64,000 nucleotides of DNA from contig OZ242376.1 of assembly GCA_965209085.1 (NCBI GenBank), forward strand, positions 512,001 to 576,000, written 5' to 3'. The translations under genes were made by a program, and so were the position numbers. Below, one piece after another: positions 50,860 through 60,802 of the stretch; within the stretch, counting starts at the first letter, position 1, and every line of letters begins with the position of its first letter. The stretch is from Nitrosopumilaceae archaeon. GTDB taxonomy: Archaea; Thermoproteota; Nitrososphaeria; Nitrososphaerales; Nitrosopumilaceae. Under the pieces are notes generated by a model. It made no database searches and had not been told where the DNA came from. It saw only the letters and a program-made list of their open reading frames with translations.

Positions 50860-51604
50860 GAGATGGGAATGACTGTGTATTGCCATAAAAACAATGCAAC
50901 AACTGCCATATGATGAACTCGTAAATTATCTTGAAGATTCACCACGTTTACTATCAATACTAGGCTTGAAAAGAGTGCCGTCAAGGTCGGCGTTTCAGGT
51001 AGCATCTACTAGAATTGATGAACATTTCATCACATGGATGATAAATTCTGCAAGCAGACCTGGAATGAAAGGTACATTGTACTGGGATTTTACAGGAATT
51101 GCAATAAACGGGCATAACACGTAGCTTGATGCAAAAAATGGATCAAGGTCCCGACGGGATTATCGCAAATTGCATATTGTAACTGCTGAAAACAGCATAA
51201 TCATATCATATGATATTACCCATGTACGATGCCATGATGCACCAATATTTGAGCAAATATGTGGCACACTGCCGCACGGTTCCGACCACATGATGCTTGA
51301 TGCCGCATACCATTCACGCAACATATGCTCGCTCATAGAAAAGATCGGACGAATTCCTGTAATAATACCAAGAAAAGGTGTTCGCGTACGTGGATTTGAC
51401 GCAATGGGCATAAGATGGCATCGTGATAATCCTGATGAATTTCTATCCATATACTACAAACGCAGCAACGTAGAGGCCACGTTTTCATCCATGAAGAGAA
51501 GGTTTTCATCCACTCTGAGTGCCCGCAAATTTGCAACACAGAAAATTGAATTGGAATTCTTTGTCTTGTGCCATAATATTCACATTCTATCTGCCGCAGT
51601 CTAG
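50860..51604 (+). pseudogene. IS4/IS5-superfamily DDE transposase, broken
   Basis: DFTG, KLHI, HD, LDAAY, YYKRSNVEATFSSMKR; in-frame TAG at 51122. Confidence 0.8.
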
Positions 51605-51824
51605 ATTCTGACACTTTGTGTCAGATACCATCCTAGCGTATGCTATACTCTAAAACCCAATATTTGCAATACTGGCAAGATGAGCAGGGCTTGATGATGA
51701 TGAATTGGTAGACATGTTGCATGATTTTAAATGAATTTGATCGGATTTTATAAAAATGCTCATTCATGGACAGAACTCCAAATAGAATATAGTTTTTATA
51801 TGACACACAACAATATAAGATCAA

Positions 51825-52121
51825 ATGCTAGGTTCATGGAAGAGATTTACTAAAGAAAATGTAAAACGTGAAAAGAATACAATTGGTGTTTATGAATTAG
51901 CAAATAAAAATGACACAACACATTATATCGGAGAAGGAAAAGTGACTGATAGGTTAAATTCTCATTTTATAAAAAATAGTGATCCAATACCTGGCACGGC
52001 AAAATTTCGAACAGGACGTACAAATAGTAAAAAACTGGCACAATCCAAGGAATCTTCACTATTAGATGCATATAAGAAAAAATATGGCAAATTACCAAAA
52101 TATAATCAACACACGGGATAG
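51825..52121 (+). CDS. Small GIY-YIG-like nuclease
   Basis: GVYEL......YIG.G...RL..H...E..L...Y...G.LP.YN. Confidence 0.75.
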   Translation: MLGSWKRFTKENVKREKNTIGVYELANKNDTTHYIGEGKVTDRLNSHFIKNSDPIPGTAKFRTGRTNSKKLAQSKESSLLDAYKKKYGKLPKYNQHTG

Positions 52122-52132
52122 CAAAATTTGTA

Positions 52133-52255
52133 AGAGTTTATGCATAATCAATCGCAGAAACATACGATTCCAACTATGGCATTACCATGATCAAAACGCA
52201 TATGGTGTAAAGTTCTCAAACAGACAACAAAATAAATCAAAATGCCACATGCATG
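52133..52255 (-). mobile_element. Decayed ISL2-like right end
   Basis: AGAGTTTATGCATAATCAA...CAGACAACAAAATAAATCAAAAT matches 60803-60920. Confidence 0.8.
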
Positions 52256-52404
52256 TTCTGTCCATGAATAAAATCAAAAATAGTACGAGGTCCGCACCTC
52301 GTATTACTTTGTACCAACATTTTCAATCATTGTATAAAATCTATGCATGACGTGACATCGTACCATTTTGATCTTTGAATGCTTATATTGCGTTAATTTT
52401 TTAA

Positions 52405-52887
52405 TTGGAAAATATGACACTTCCAGCAGATGGTGGTAATTCAAGAACATCAAAGGAAAAATATGCCGGTGTAGTACTGTTAATTGTTATTATAGTATTT
52501 GTAACTATTGTAGGTTATAGAATATATGTCAATAATGCGGAAGAATTGAAAGCCGAAAGTGACAAAAAAGTAAATGAAGCATTGAGGGATGTAACAAACA
52601 CTAAAGAGAATGAACCAATACAAAAACCATTTACAATAGATATCATAAACTGCAATAAAGATTATGGATATCTTGAAGTAAAAGGCTCGATAACCAATAA
52701 TTGGGATTTTACGTTGGCAACTAATATAATTGTAAGCGGAAATGATGCATCAGGTAATATTGTTGATTTTGTCGAGCATTTTGAAACATTAAAGCCCGGC
52801 AAAACATACATTTCTAGACTAGTGAACGATAGCCCACAAATAACGAAATGCAACATCCTAGTAGATGATTACGATATAATCGGATAG
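52405..52887 (+). CDS. Membrane-anchored protein with FxLYD-like beta domain
   Basis: One TM segment, then V.G.ITN...IIV...DASGNIV...LKPG. Confidence 0.65.
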   Translation: MENMTLPADGGNSRTSKEKYAGVVLLIVIIVFVTIVGYRIYVNNAEELKAESDKKVNEALRDVTNTKENEPIQKPFTIDIINCNKDYGYLEVKGSITNNWDFTLATNIIVSGNDASGNIVDFVEHFETLKPGKTYISRLVNDSPQITKCNILVDDYDIIG

Positions 52888-53082
52888 GCAAAATGCACCA
52901 AGACCGAATTGGAAGAAGATTCACGTCCGTATCCAACACCCGAATTTGTCAGAACCCAAAATATAATCATGCTTGATATTTTTAACCAATTTGGAGAAGA
53001 TCGCTGTTCACGAATAGGTCTCGACAACCTAGCAGAACCTGTAAACACCCATGTTTTATACAAAACCTGATAAAGCAATGCT

Positions 53083-54342
53083 GTGATAAAAAACTCCATT
53101 GCCCTCAAATCGCTGATTCAAAGGTGCGAATATGCAATTGACATGCTTGAAGAGGGATTGTATGCTGCAATGCCTGAAAATTCCCTCACCCACCACTTTG
53201 CTGATCTTCCAAATATGCCAATCCACATTATCTCATACGGCAAAGCTGCACACGCCATGGCACAGGCAGCATCCGCACATCTTGCCATTGCAGGAGGTCT
53301 GATTGTATCACCAAAAGGCAAACGCTTACCCCCGGTTCCAAACATGAGGATACATTATGCCTCACATCCGCTACCGGATGAATGCAGTGCTACAGCTGCG
53401 CGCTCCATCATCAAATATCTTGAGCAAATTCCATCCAAAGAATATGTACTATTTTTAATATCCGGCGGTGGCTCATCACTCATCTCTTTACCCCCAAAGG
53501 GCATAACCTCATCTAATCTTGCATCTGCAACGCATTTACTCTTAAATTCTGGTGCAAAAATATCTGCAATAAACTGCATACGGCGTCACATATCAGAAAT
53601 TGCAGGAGGCCGATTAGCCTCACATGTAAAGTGCAAATCTTGCGCATTAATCATATCTGATGTCCAGGGGAATCATTTCAGGGATATCTCCTCTGGATGC
53701 ACCACACATGATAACACTACATACTCTGATGCGCTAAAATACATACGAAATCTACACCTTGAATCATGCATGCCAAAATCCATAATGATGAGACTGCATG
53801 ATGGCGCAAATAATATAATACAAGAGGGTCCAAAAAAAACCCGCATCAAAAACCACATCATATCTGATAGTTTTACATGCGCCAAATCTGTGGCAAAAAA
53901 GGCCAGATCGCATGGATTACGCGTACACTTTATGCAAATATACGGCAATGTGGAAAAAGAATCAAAACGTATCGTAAATAATACAAAATATGCCAAAAAT
54001 TCCTGTATTGTTTTTTACGGCGAGCCAACTATACAGGTTAAAGGCAAAGGGTATGGGGGTAGAAATCAGCAACTTGTACTGCATCTTTTGGAGCAATATA
54101 CGAGGAAAAACATGCATTGCATAGTATGCTCTGTTGGAACTGACGGGATTGATGGAAATACAAAGTATGCCGGAGCCATTGTTGATACTGCCAGAAAATA
54201 TAATGTACAAGAGATTGCACAATTTTTAAAAAACAACGACTCATCATCATTTTTTGCAAAACATGGGGGGAGAATTTTAACCGGCCATACGGGAACAAAT
54301 CTTGCAGACGTTGGATTTATCATTGTACGCAAAGATGCCTAA
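53083..54342 (+). CDS. Glycerate 2-kinase (MOFRL family)
   Basis: GKAA..M, SHPLPD, LISGGGSSL, SDV.G, GGRNQ, GTDGIDG, TGTN..D. Confidence 0.92.
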   Translation: MIKNSIALKSLIQRCEYAIDMLEEGLYAAMPENSLTHHFADLPNMPIHIISYGKAAHAMAQAASAHLAIAGGLIVSPKGKRLPPVPNMRIHYASHPLPDECSATAARSIIKYLEQIPSKEYVLFLISGGGSSLISLPPKGITSSNLASATHLLLNSGAKISAINCIRRHISEIAGGRLASHVKCKSCALIISDVQGNHFRDISSGCTTHDNTTYSDALKYIRNLHLESCMPKSIMMRLHDGANNIIQEGPKKTRIKNHIISDSFTCAKSVAKKARSHGLRVHFMQIYGNVEKESKRIVNNTKYAKNSCIVFYGEPTIQVKGKGYGGRNQQLVLHLLEQYTRKNMHCIVCSVGTDGIDGNTKYAGAIVDTARKYNVQEIAQFLKNNDSSSFFAKHGGRILTGHTGTNLADVGFIIVRKDA

Positions 54343-54712
54343 TCTCATCCTCTGCTGCATTATCCCCCATATCATCAATGTATGATATTTTTATATTCCT
54401 TTTTTTGCACAATTGTTCAATAAAATACGTCTTTTCCAAAGCCAGTTTGCTTTTTGAAATCTCATTTGAAAATAAAGACGGAGCCATATTCTTTGATAAT
54501 GCAATATTCACACACTCGCCATCTCTAATGCGAAATGTTCCAATGCACCAAAACAGTCCCACATGGGATGCTACATACATTGAATCCTCTACACTTACAC
54601 CCTCATACATTGACACATGCACTCTGCTCTCAACGGCTGTCTGCACTCCGTTATTTTTGTGAGCCCATGCGATAAAACTCCCATTCCCTGCTATATGGAT
54701 AAAATGTGGCAT
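54320..54712 (-). CDS. Hypothetical protein
   Basis: 130-aa ORF filling the gap between core genes. Confidence 0.5.
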   Translation of the reverse strand: MPHFIHIAGNGSFIAWAHKNNGVQTAVESRVHVSMYEGVSVEDSMYVASHVGLFWCIGTFRIRDGECVNIALSKNMAPSLFSNEISKSKLALEKTYFIEQLCKKRNIKISYIDDMGDNAAEDEIRHLCVQ

Positions 54713-54729
54713 GAAAATCTTAACCCAAT

Positions 54730-54987
54730 TTGTCTATATATTTTGCATATGCCCCTTTTGATCGCGTTATTACAGCATCTCTTATGGGTGAAAACGTATT
54801 TTTTACAAGAATGGTCGACTCGCTAGTGGAAATGTCATCAAATGATCCAGAACTTGCCGACGGAATAAGATGGCTTGACACCCAGGCGCAAAGCCGGGGA
54901 ATTACATTTTACGAAATGATCTTTAACGTACTATACCAGCATGACATGAACGCGCGCGTTGGCAAATGGAACCGCACTAGAAACTAG
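54730..54987 (+). CDS. Small hypothetical protein
   Basis: DPELADGIRWLD.QAQ.RGITFYEM; start may be ATG 54784 or 54810. Confidence 0.7.
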   Translation: MSIYFAYAPFDRVITASLMGENVFFTRMVDSLVEMSSNDPELADGIRWLDTQAQSRGITFYEMIFNVLYQHDMNARVGKWNRTRN

Positions 54988-54990
54988 ACA

Positions 54991-56163
54991 CTAGTCTGAT
55001 CGAAGATCAAGTGATTTATACTCGCATCCTTGCGGACCGCAGTCTTTTCCAACATAGACAGCTTTTGGCCTGTATAGCGCCGGCTTTGGCGCAGCTTCGG
55101 CAAATTTCTCCTCTATTATGTGAGCTGCCCATCCGACCGAACGGGCGATTGCAAATATCGGCGTATTCAAATCCATGGGTATGTTTAGCATATAGTATAC
55201 GGATGCGCTGTACAAATCCACGTTTGGATATATCTTTGATTTTTTCAACCTCATCATCTCCTCGGCAGTCACCTCTTCAACTGTTTTGCTTATATGAAAC
55301 CAGGGCTGACCCGTCTTTTCTGCAAGCTTTGATGACAATCTCTCTAGTATCCGCGCCCTAGGATCGTACGTTTTGTATACTGCATGCCCCATGCCCATCA
55401 CGCGCCCGCCTGCTGCAAACCGTTTTTGTATCCACGCCCTTACATTCTCTTTTGTTTTAATCTCCAAGAGCATGCGCATCACCTCGTAATTTGCACCCCC
55501 GTGCAGCTCCCCGCTTAGTGCGCCAATTGCGGCACTGCACGCTGAATACATGTGCGCCCTAGTTGATGCCACCTGCCGTGCAGCAAAGGTGGATGCATTA
55601 AACGTATGATCTGCGTGCAGTATGAGGCAAATATCAAATATTCTGGCAGATTCTGCATCCGGCTTTGTACCCGTCATCATGTACAAAAAGTTGGCAGCAT
55701 GTCCAAGCTTTGGGTCCGGTGCAATAACCTCCAAACCGTTGCGAATGCGCTGCCAGCTTGCAACAATGGTGGGCACCTTTGCTATAATGTTTAATGCCCT
55801 ATCATAGCTTGCCTCTTTGTTTGAAAACTCCTCATCATAGTATCCGGCCAAGGCTGCGACAAACGCCTGCAGCATGTCCATGGGGTCCGCATCCTTGCGC
55901 CAATTACCCATGTTTGTCTGCATTTGTTTTGGAATAATTCTTGAATCGATAAGATTTGAGAGAAATTTCCCGTATTTTGCCTTTGTTGGAAGCTTGTCGT
56001 ACAGTAAAAGATATGCAGTCTCCTCAAAGGTGGATTTTTCTGCCAGCTCGTCAATATCATACCCGCGGTATATGAGCTTGCCAAGCTTGCCGTTAATGTT
56101 GGATATTTTAGTATCAGCTACTGGTATCCCGCGCAATCCGGTATTCTTTGTGTCAATTGACAT
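54991..56163 (-). CDS. gltA: Citrate synthase
   Basis: HADH.FNASTF, LHGGAN, MGMGHAVYK..DPR, YPNVDLY. Confidence 0.96.
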   Translation of the reverse strand: MSIDTKNTGLRGIPVADTKISNINGKLGKLIYRGYDIDELAEKSTFEETAYLLLYDKLPTKAKYGKFLSNLIDSRIIPKQMQTNMGNWRKDADPMDMLQAFVAALAGYYDEEFSNKEASYDRALNIIAKVPTIVASWQRIRNGLEVIAPDPKLGHAANFLYMMTGTKPDAESARIFDICLILHADHTFNASTFAARQVASTRAHMYSACSAAIGALSGELHGGANYEVMRMLLEIKTKENVRAWIQKRFAAGGRVMGMGHAVYKTYDPRARILERLSSKLAEKTGQPWFHISKTVEEVTAEEMMRLKKSKIYPNVDLYSASVYYMLNIPMDLNTPIFAIARSVGWAAHIIEEKFAEAAPKPALYRPKAVYVGKDCGPQGCEYKSLDLRSD

Positions 56164-56274
56164 GAATTTGATTTTTTACCCTCATATTTACACTTTTGAT
56201 CCTAAATTTCAGCTTGGCAGTTTGTCAAATATCGCAACGCCGTTAGCTTTAACCTGTTTTACCCATTTAATGCC

Positions 56275-56460
56275 ATGTCCGGAACCGAGAGGCGCTATCA
56301 AAGGAGCGTTGATGAGATGATACTTGCAGCCACGGGAAAAGAGCTTGAGCGGCTGCAGCAAATAGATTTGGATGCGCAAAAACAGGGCGGTACATTTTAT
56401 GAATCATTTGCATTAAGCGGGAGAGACCTTGAGCATCTTTTGGCGCGGGAAAAATCCTAA
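56275..56460 (+). CDS. Small hypothetical protein
   Basis: ELERLQQIDLDAQKQGGTFYES, similar to the 54730 protein. Confidence 0.65.
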   Translation: MSGTERRYQRSVDEMILAATGKELERLQQIDLDAQKQGGTFYESFALSGRDLEHLLAREKS

Positions 56461-56726
56461 AAGATCACTTTTGAGTGGTGGAATGGCCTGAATTTTATTA
56501 CGATTTGGGCATTTCTAGTAAATGATCTGTTGTATATTTGAGGTGCGGTATGCATCAACAAGTTTACGGCACACTGGTAAATTTTAGAGAGTTTTCACAT
56601 ATTTAGCCATGCTGTAAAATTTGGGAGATGATATTTTTTTGATCACGTAATTTCATCCTCTATTGATCATGCCGTGAGGCATATTTTTACCAAGAGTTTT
56701 AATAGGAATTACGCATATGGGGTATA

Positions 56727-57566
56727 TTGAAATTAATTCACGCAAGTATGGATCATGGAAGGTACGAACAAAGAGGGATCACAGAGCCCCGAAAAATAGA
56801 AGGCAATGACGGAAACATTTATGCTGTAAAATTTTCCCCTGCAGATGAACCTGACTCGAACTACAATAGAGCGTATGCATAATGGGTCAAATTCACAATT
56901 TTTACGAATAAAAATGATCGATTTGAATGATTATGCATACGGTCTAATGAATGGCTCGGATCATTGCTGGCTTTAAAATTAGGTGTGGAAGTATTGGAAC
57001 CATTTGTGATGATATTTGATAACGACTTTGTATCAAACTCTAAAGAAATCCAAGATAGTGGAATACGTGCTGGAGCATATTTTGCCACTTTGTATCAACA
57101 TGACAAATACAATTTAAGCGAGTATCTTAATGATGCATCAACCATCAGTAATCTTGAATCAGTTAACGCATTTATAATATTTGACATATTTGTTAATAAT
57201 CGTGATAGGCATGACAGAAACACCATGCTCATACCCAATGCAAAAGCTATTGGATCGCATTACAAATATGTGCTAATCGATCATGGACGCTGTTTTAGAA
57301 TCACAGAGGGAGATTTGCCGTATGAACAACCAAAAATTGAATGGAATACGTCATGTGTTGACACATACAAATTACATGAAAAAATAAACTTTGTTATGGG
57401 GATGGCAACTTTAAATTTACTAGAGTGTATTTTTACCGAAATTGATAAACATGTTAAACGCCCGGCACATGTCGATATGTTGCAAAATGCTCTCATTACC
57501 CGTGATCCTGGAGATATAATGTCAATTATTGACAAGTATTATGGGCATTTACTCGGAGGCCAATAA
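56727..57566 (+). pseudogene. HipA-like Ser/Thr kinase interrupted by a MITE
   Basis: GITEP...DGNIYAVK...YN|EWLGSLLA..LG, FD.FVNNRDRH..N, IDHG; 252 aa when the 81-bp insert is removed. Confidence 0.88.
56868..56945 (+). mobile_element. 78-bp MITE with ISL2-like TIRs
   Basis: AGAGCGTATGCATAAT...ATTATGCATACGGTCT; TSD AAT on both sides. Confidence 0.93.
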
Positions 57567-58341
57567 ATTGGAAACTTATAATTTTTCAATTGCACGGTTT
57601 ATTCCAGATTTAATACGTGATGAGCCAATTAACATTGGTACAATAATAAATGATAGCAAATCAAACACTAGTTTTGGGAAATTTGTTGACATTCATACTA
57701 TTAAAAGCAAAACTGATGCTCCTTTTAATACCAATATGTTAAAACACGTATTAGAAAAATTAGATGGTAGAAAAGAAAAATTGATAGATTTAAAATCTAT
57801 ATCATCAACATTTTCAGGTAGGCTGTCATTCACATCTCCAAGAGCTGTAAAAAACAAAAATATTGACGATGCGATGAATCGGGTTTTTGATCAGTATGTG
57901 AGCATTATAAAACATGGTCCAATACGTGATAATGTTCTGTTACAGAACATCAAAGATCGGATTTCTGAATCAATCCGACCTGAATTCATACATGAGCATT
58001 ACACTATAGGTAATCGACCTTATTCGTTTAAAGTGGATGTTGGAATACTCTCCAATTCAGTCAAGAGTTTTATTCACATATTACATTACGTTAATCCAGA
58101 AGCTCTATTGAAAGATTGTTTGTTCCAGGCAAATTGTCTACAAAAATTACGTACTAGCAATTATGAAAATGAAAAAATGAATTCATGCATAATTCATGAC
58201 ATTCCAGAAAATGCTAGTGAGCCTATGGCACGTGCTTGTAATGATGGTATCGGGCAATTAAAAGAGGCAGGATGTAAGATATATGGATCAGATAATAAAA
58301 ATAAATGCGTGGATGCACTCATATCTGTCCATGCTTCATAA
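57529..58341 (+). CDS. DUF3037-domain protein
   Basis: YNFSIARFIPDLIRDEPINIG...FTSPR...F..YV; start likely TTG 57568. Confidence 0.85.
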   Translation: MTSIMGIYSEANKLETYNFSIARFIPDLIRDEPINIGTIINDSKSNTSFGKFVDIHTIKSKTDAPFNTNMLKHVLEKLDGRKEKLIDLKSISSTFSGRLSFTSPRAVKNKNIDDAMNRVFDQYVSIIKHGPIRDNVLLQNIKDRISESIRPEFIHEHYTIGNRPYSFKVDVGILSNSVKSFIHILHYVNPEALLKDCLFQANCLQKLRTSNYENEKMNSCIIHDIPENASEPMARACNDGIGQLKEAGCKIYGSDNKNKCVDALISVHAS

Positions 58342-58975
58342 AATAGTTGATTCACCATCTTCCATTTTCTCATAAATATGTCAGTATGTGGATGCACTAA
58401 CATCAAATTTCAACATGATCCACCATTTTTATTTTATTTGCTCTTTTAATTACAAATATGTCATTACCATGGAATTTAATCCGATATGGTTCATTTTCTA
58501 TCATACGTTTTTCATCGTAAAATATGTATTCTATACCATCATTAATTTCTACACGAACGGGCAGTTTCCAAGTAATCGAATCGTTTTGAGGTGCATTCTG
58601 TGGGGTGGTGGTATGAAGTCACGTCATGCCTGAAATCTACGCAATAAATGAAGATGTAGGCACAAAATAGCACAAGATGCTGACCTTGTACAGGGGCAGC
58701 TCTTCTCTTATCTAAAATGTAGTTTACCCTCACTTGATTGGAACAATTTGAAAATACCGGTGCCCGGCATTTGCAAAAAAAATGCCAAAACCTGGCAAAA
58801 GTGTTATTGATATGTAAACTTGGGGAAAATATGATGCAAAGTATGGGGTATACTACTTTTGATATGCCACACGCAAAACTTGTGATAAGGTTCTGTAAAC
58901 TTATCGGTGCATAGGCGTGGATATGGATCTTCTCTGAATTGATTGTTTTATATGTTGGAATATGAGTTAAAAATT

Positions 58976-59194
58976 ATGAGTGATTTATTGGATATTGATC
59001 GGATAGTTCCAGAACTGCCAGAAGGTTCACGTATGGATATGGTAGAGTGGGCAAATATGTTAGATGTTAAATTGCGAACATTAGATGGTCGTATAAATAG
59101 TGCATTTCAGTACCGAGATAAAAGATATAACCAATTACAAGAATTGATTTCTACCATAGAAAAAGAAATTGATGATTTGAAAAAAAGACCATAA
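58976..59194 (+). CDS. Small coiled-coil passenger protein 1
   Basis: ATG 58976 with TTTTATAT ~25-30 bp upstream; EW motif and heptads. Confidence 0.7.
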   Translation: MSDLLDIDRIVPELPEGSRMDMVEWANMLDVKLRTLDGRINSAFQYRDKRYNQLQELISTIEKEIDDLKKRP

Positions 59195-59205
59195 TAAAAT
59201 TTATC

Positions 59206-59243
59206 AAAAAGTGATCATTTTTTGAGTAAGATCAATAAAGGGG
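59206..59243 (+). promoter_or_regulatory. 38-bp repeated upstream element, copy 1
   Basis: 35/38 identical to 59544-59581; ends 18 nt before ATG. Confidence 0.75.
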
Positions 59244-59261
59244 CATATTTTAAAATACATT

Positions 59262-59498
59262 ATGAGTTTAGCAGCTACTGTCCCAAATGAAGCACCAAAT
59301 TGGTTTAGAGAGTGGGCAAAGGGTATGGATAGAGATACAATATTTGGAACTGCGATATTAGAACAATCGGACTATACATTGGAAAGTGTAAAGAGGGATT
59401 TTGGAAATTTTAATACACGAATGGATAAAATGGATAAAGATATTTTAGAGATAAAAGATGATATAAAAACTATAAAGAAATTGTTGACTAATAAATAA
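59262..59498 (+). CDS. Small coiled-coil passenger protein 2
   Basis: EW motif and heptad C-terminus. Confidence 0.75.
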   Translation: MSLAATVPNEAPNWFREWAKGMDRDTIFGTAILEQSDYTLESVKRDFGNFNTRMDKMDKDILEIKDDIKTIKKLLTNK

Positions 59499-59543
59499 TT
59501 TATCGGTTTTATTCAGGTTCTGCAAATCATCTATGGATTGACA

Positions 59544-59581
59544 AAAAAGTGATCTTTTGTTGAGTTAGATCAATAAAGGGG
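59544..59581 (+). promoter_or_regulatory. 38-bp repeated upstream element, copy 2
   Basis: AAAAAGTGATC-N13-GATCAATAAAGGGG; ends 18 nt before ATG. Confidence 0.75.
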
Positions 59582-59599
59582 TAGATTGCATGATGTAGT

Positions 59600-59890
59600 A
59601 TGAGTAGATTAGATGAAATAAAATCTGTAAAAGATGTTACTGAACGTGATATACAAGAGTGGTGTGGCGATTTACGAAAACATGATGATAAGGCGTTTAA
59701 ATATATTGGTTGGTTGTTTTGGGTTCATCACGATTTTCTGAAATCGGGGTTTGAAGAAACGAAAGTTGCTATTAAAGAAATGAAAGATGATATTGAAAAA
59801 GTGAATGATAAATTGGTTAGTATGGATTCAAGGTTTGACAGCATGGATTCAAAATTGGATTCCATAAATGAAAAATTAGAAAAGTTGTAA
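59600..59890 (+). CDS. Small coiled-coil passenger protein 3
   Basis: EW motif; SMDSRFD SMDSKLD SINEKLE heptads. Confidence 0.75.
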   Translation: MSRLDEIKSVKDVTERDIQEWCGDLRKHDDKAFKYIGWLFWVHHDFLKSGFEETKVAIKEMKDDIEKVNDKLVSMDSRFDSMDSKLDSINEKLEKL

Positions 59891-60802
59891 TGCAATTATT
59901 CATACGTATGCAAACTAGCATTTTGTATCAAAGTTTGCCATTTGTTTAATCCAGCAACCTTAATGTTTGAAGCTTCAGCAGGCGTTTTGCCACCAAGTCC
60001 TATGTGTTTTTTAGTGTAATTGTAAAATGCTTGATAGCCACCGATCAAAGGGGTATCGGATTTTTTCAAACCTCTAAATGCCAATTCACGATCTCTGAAT
60101 GTACCGTTAAACCGTTCCATTTTATTATTATTACGATCCTTACGTAAATGGATATGTGAATGATGTTCCGTATCTTTACCAAATACACGTTTAGATGATT
60201 TGGCGTATGCAGGAAGTCCGTCAGTTGTAAAATGTTTAGGCGATTTGCCTATGGCATTTTTTGTGAGCTCTAATAGACGATCTGCATTATGTTGGAATTT
60301 TGTATCTGTCATGTCATAAGCAAGGAAATAACGGGTTTGATCATCTATGGAAGCAAAAAGATATTTTTTCTGACCTGATACTTTGAGCCATACTTCATCA
60401 GCTCTAACCCATGTACGATCAGCGGTTCTTGGAATGATCTCATTTAGGTATTTTTCAACCATACGAGAATATTTGGCAATCCATTTGTAAACTGCCATGT
60501 GGGATATTTTAATTCCCATCATCTCATAATGGTTGGCAATATCACGGACTGACATACCCGTGAAATACATTTGCATAGCTCCAGTAATAGTAGAGGGTAA
60601 AACACGGGTATTTTCAAAGCCAAAGTTTGTTGTAAAAATTTTGGTACATTCTTGGCATTGATACTTTTGAAGTTTGCCGTGCCTATTGGTTCTATAACCA
60701 CGTTTACGTAAATTACCCGAACTGCAATATTTGCATAGGTTGAGCTTTGATCGTTCCATGATTTTAAATTCATTATTGGCATATCCACGATTTTGTTTTA
60801 TT

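Noticed and set aside
52066-52350. 94-aa ORF and the near-palindrome TACGAGGTCCGCACCTCGTA
   Set aside because: The ORF runs through a decayed IS end; the palindrome is single-copy with no assignable role.
58405-58627. Minus-strand protein-like frame (WKLPVRVEINDGIEYIFYDE...)
   Set aside because: The only upstream ATG is followed by an immediate TGA; possible pseudogene, but unsupported.
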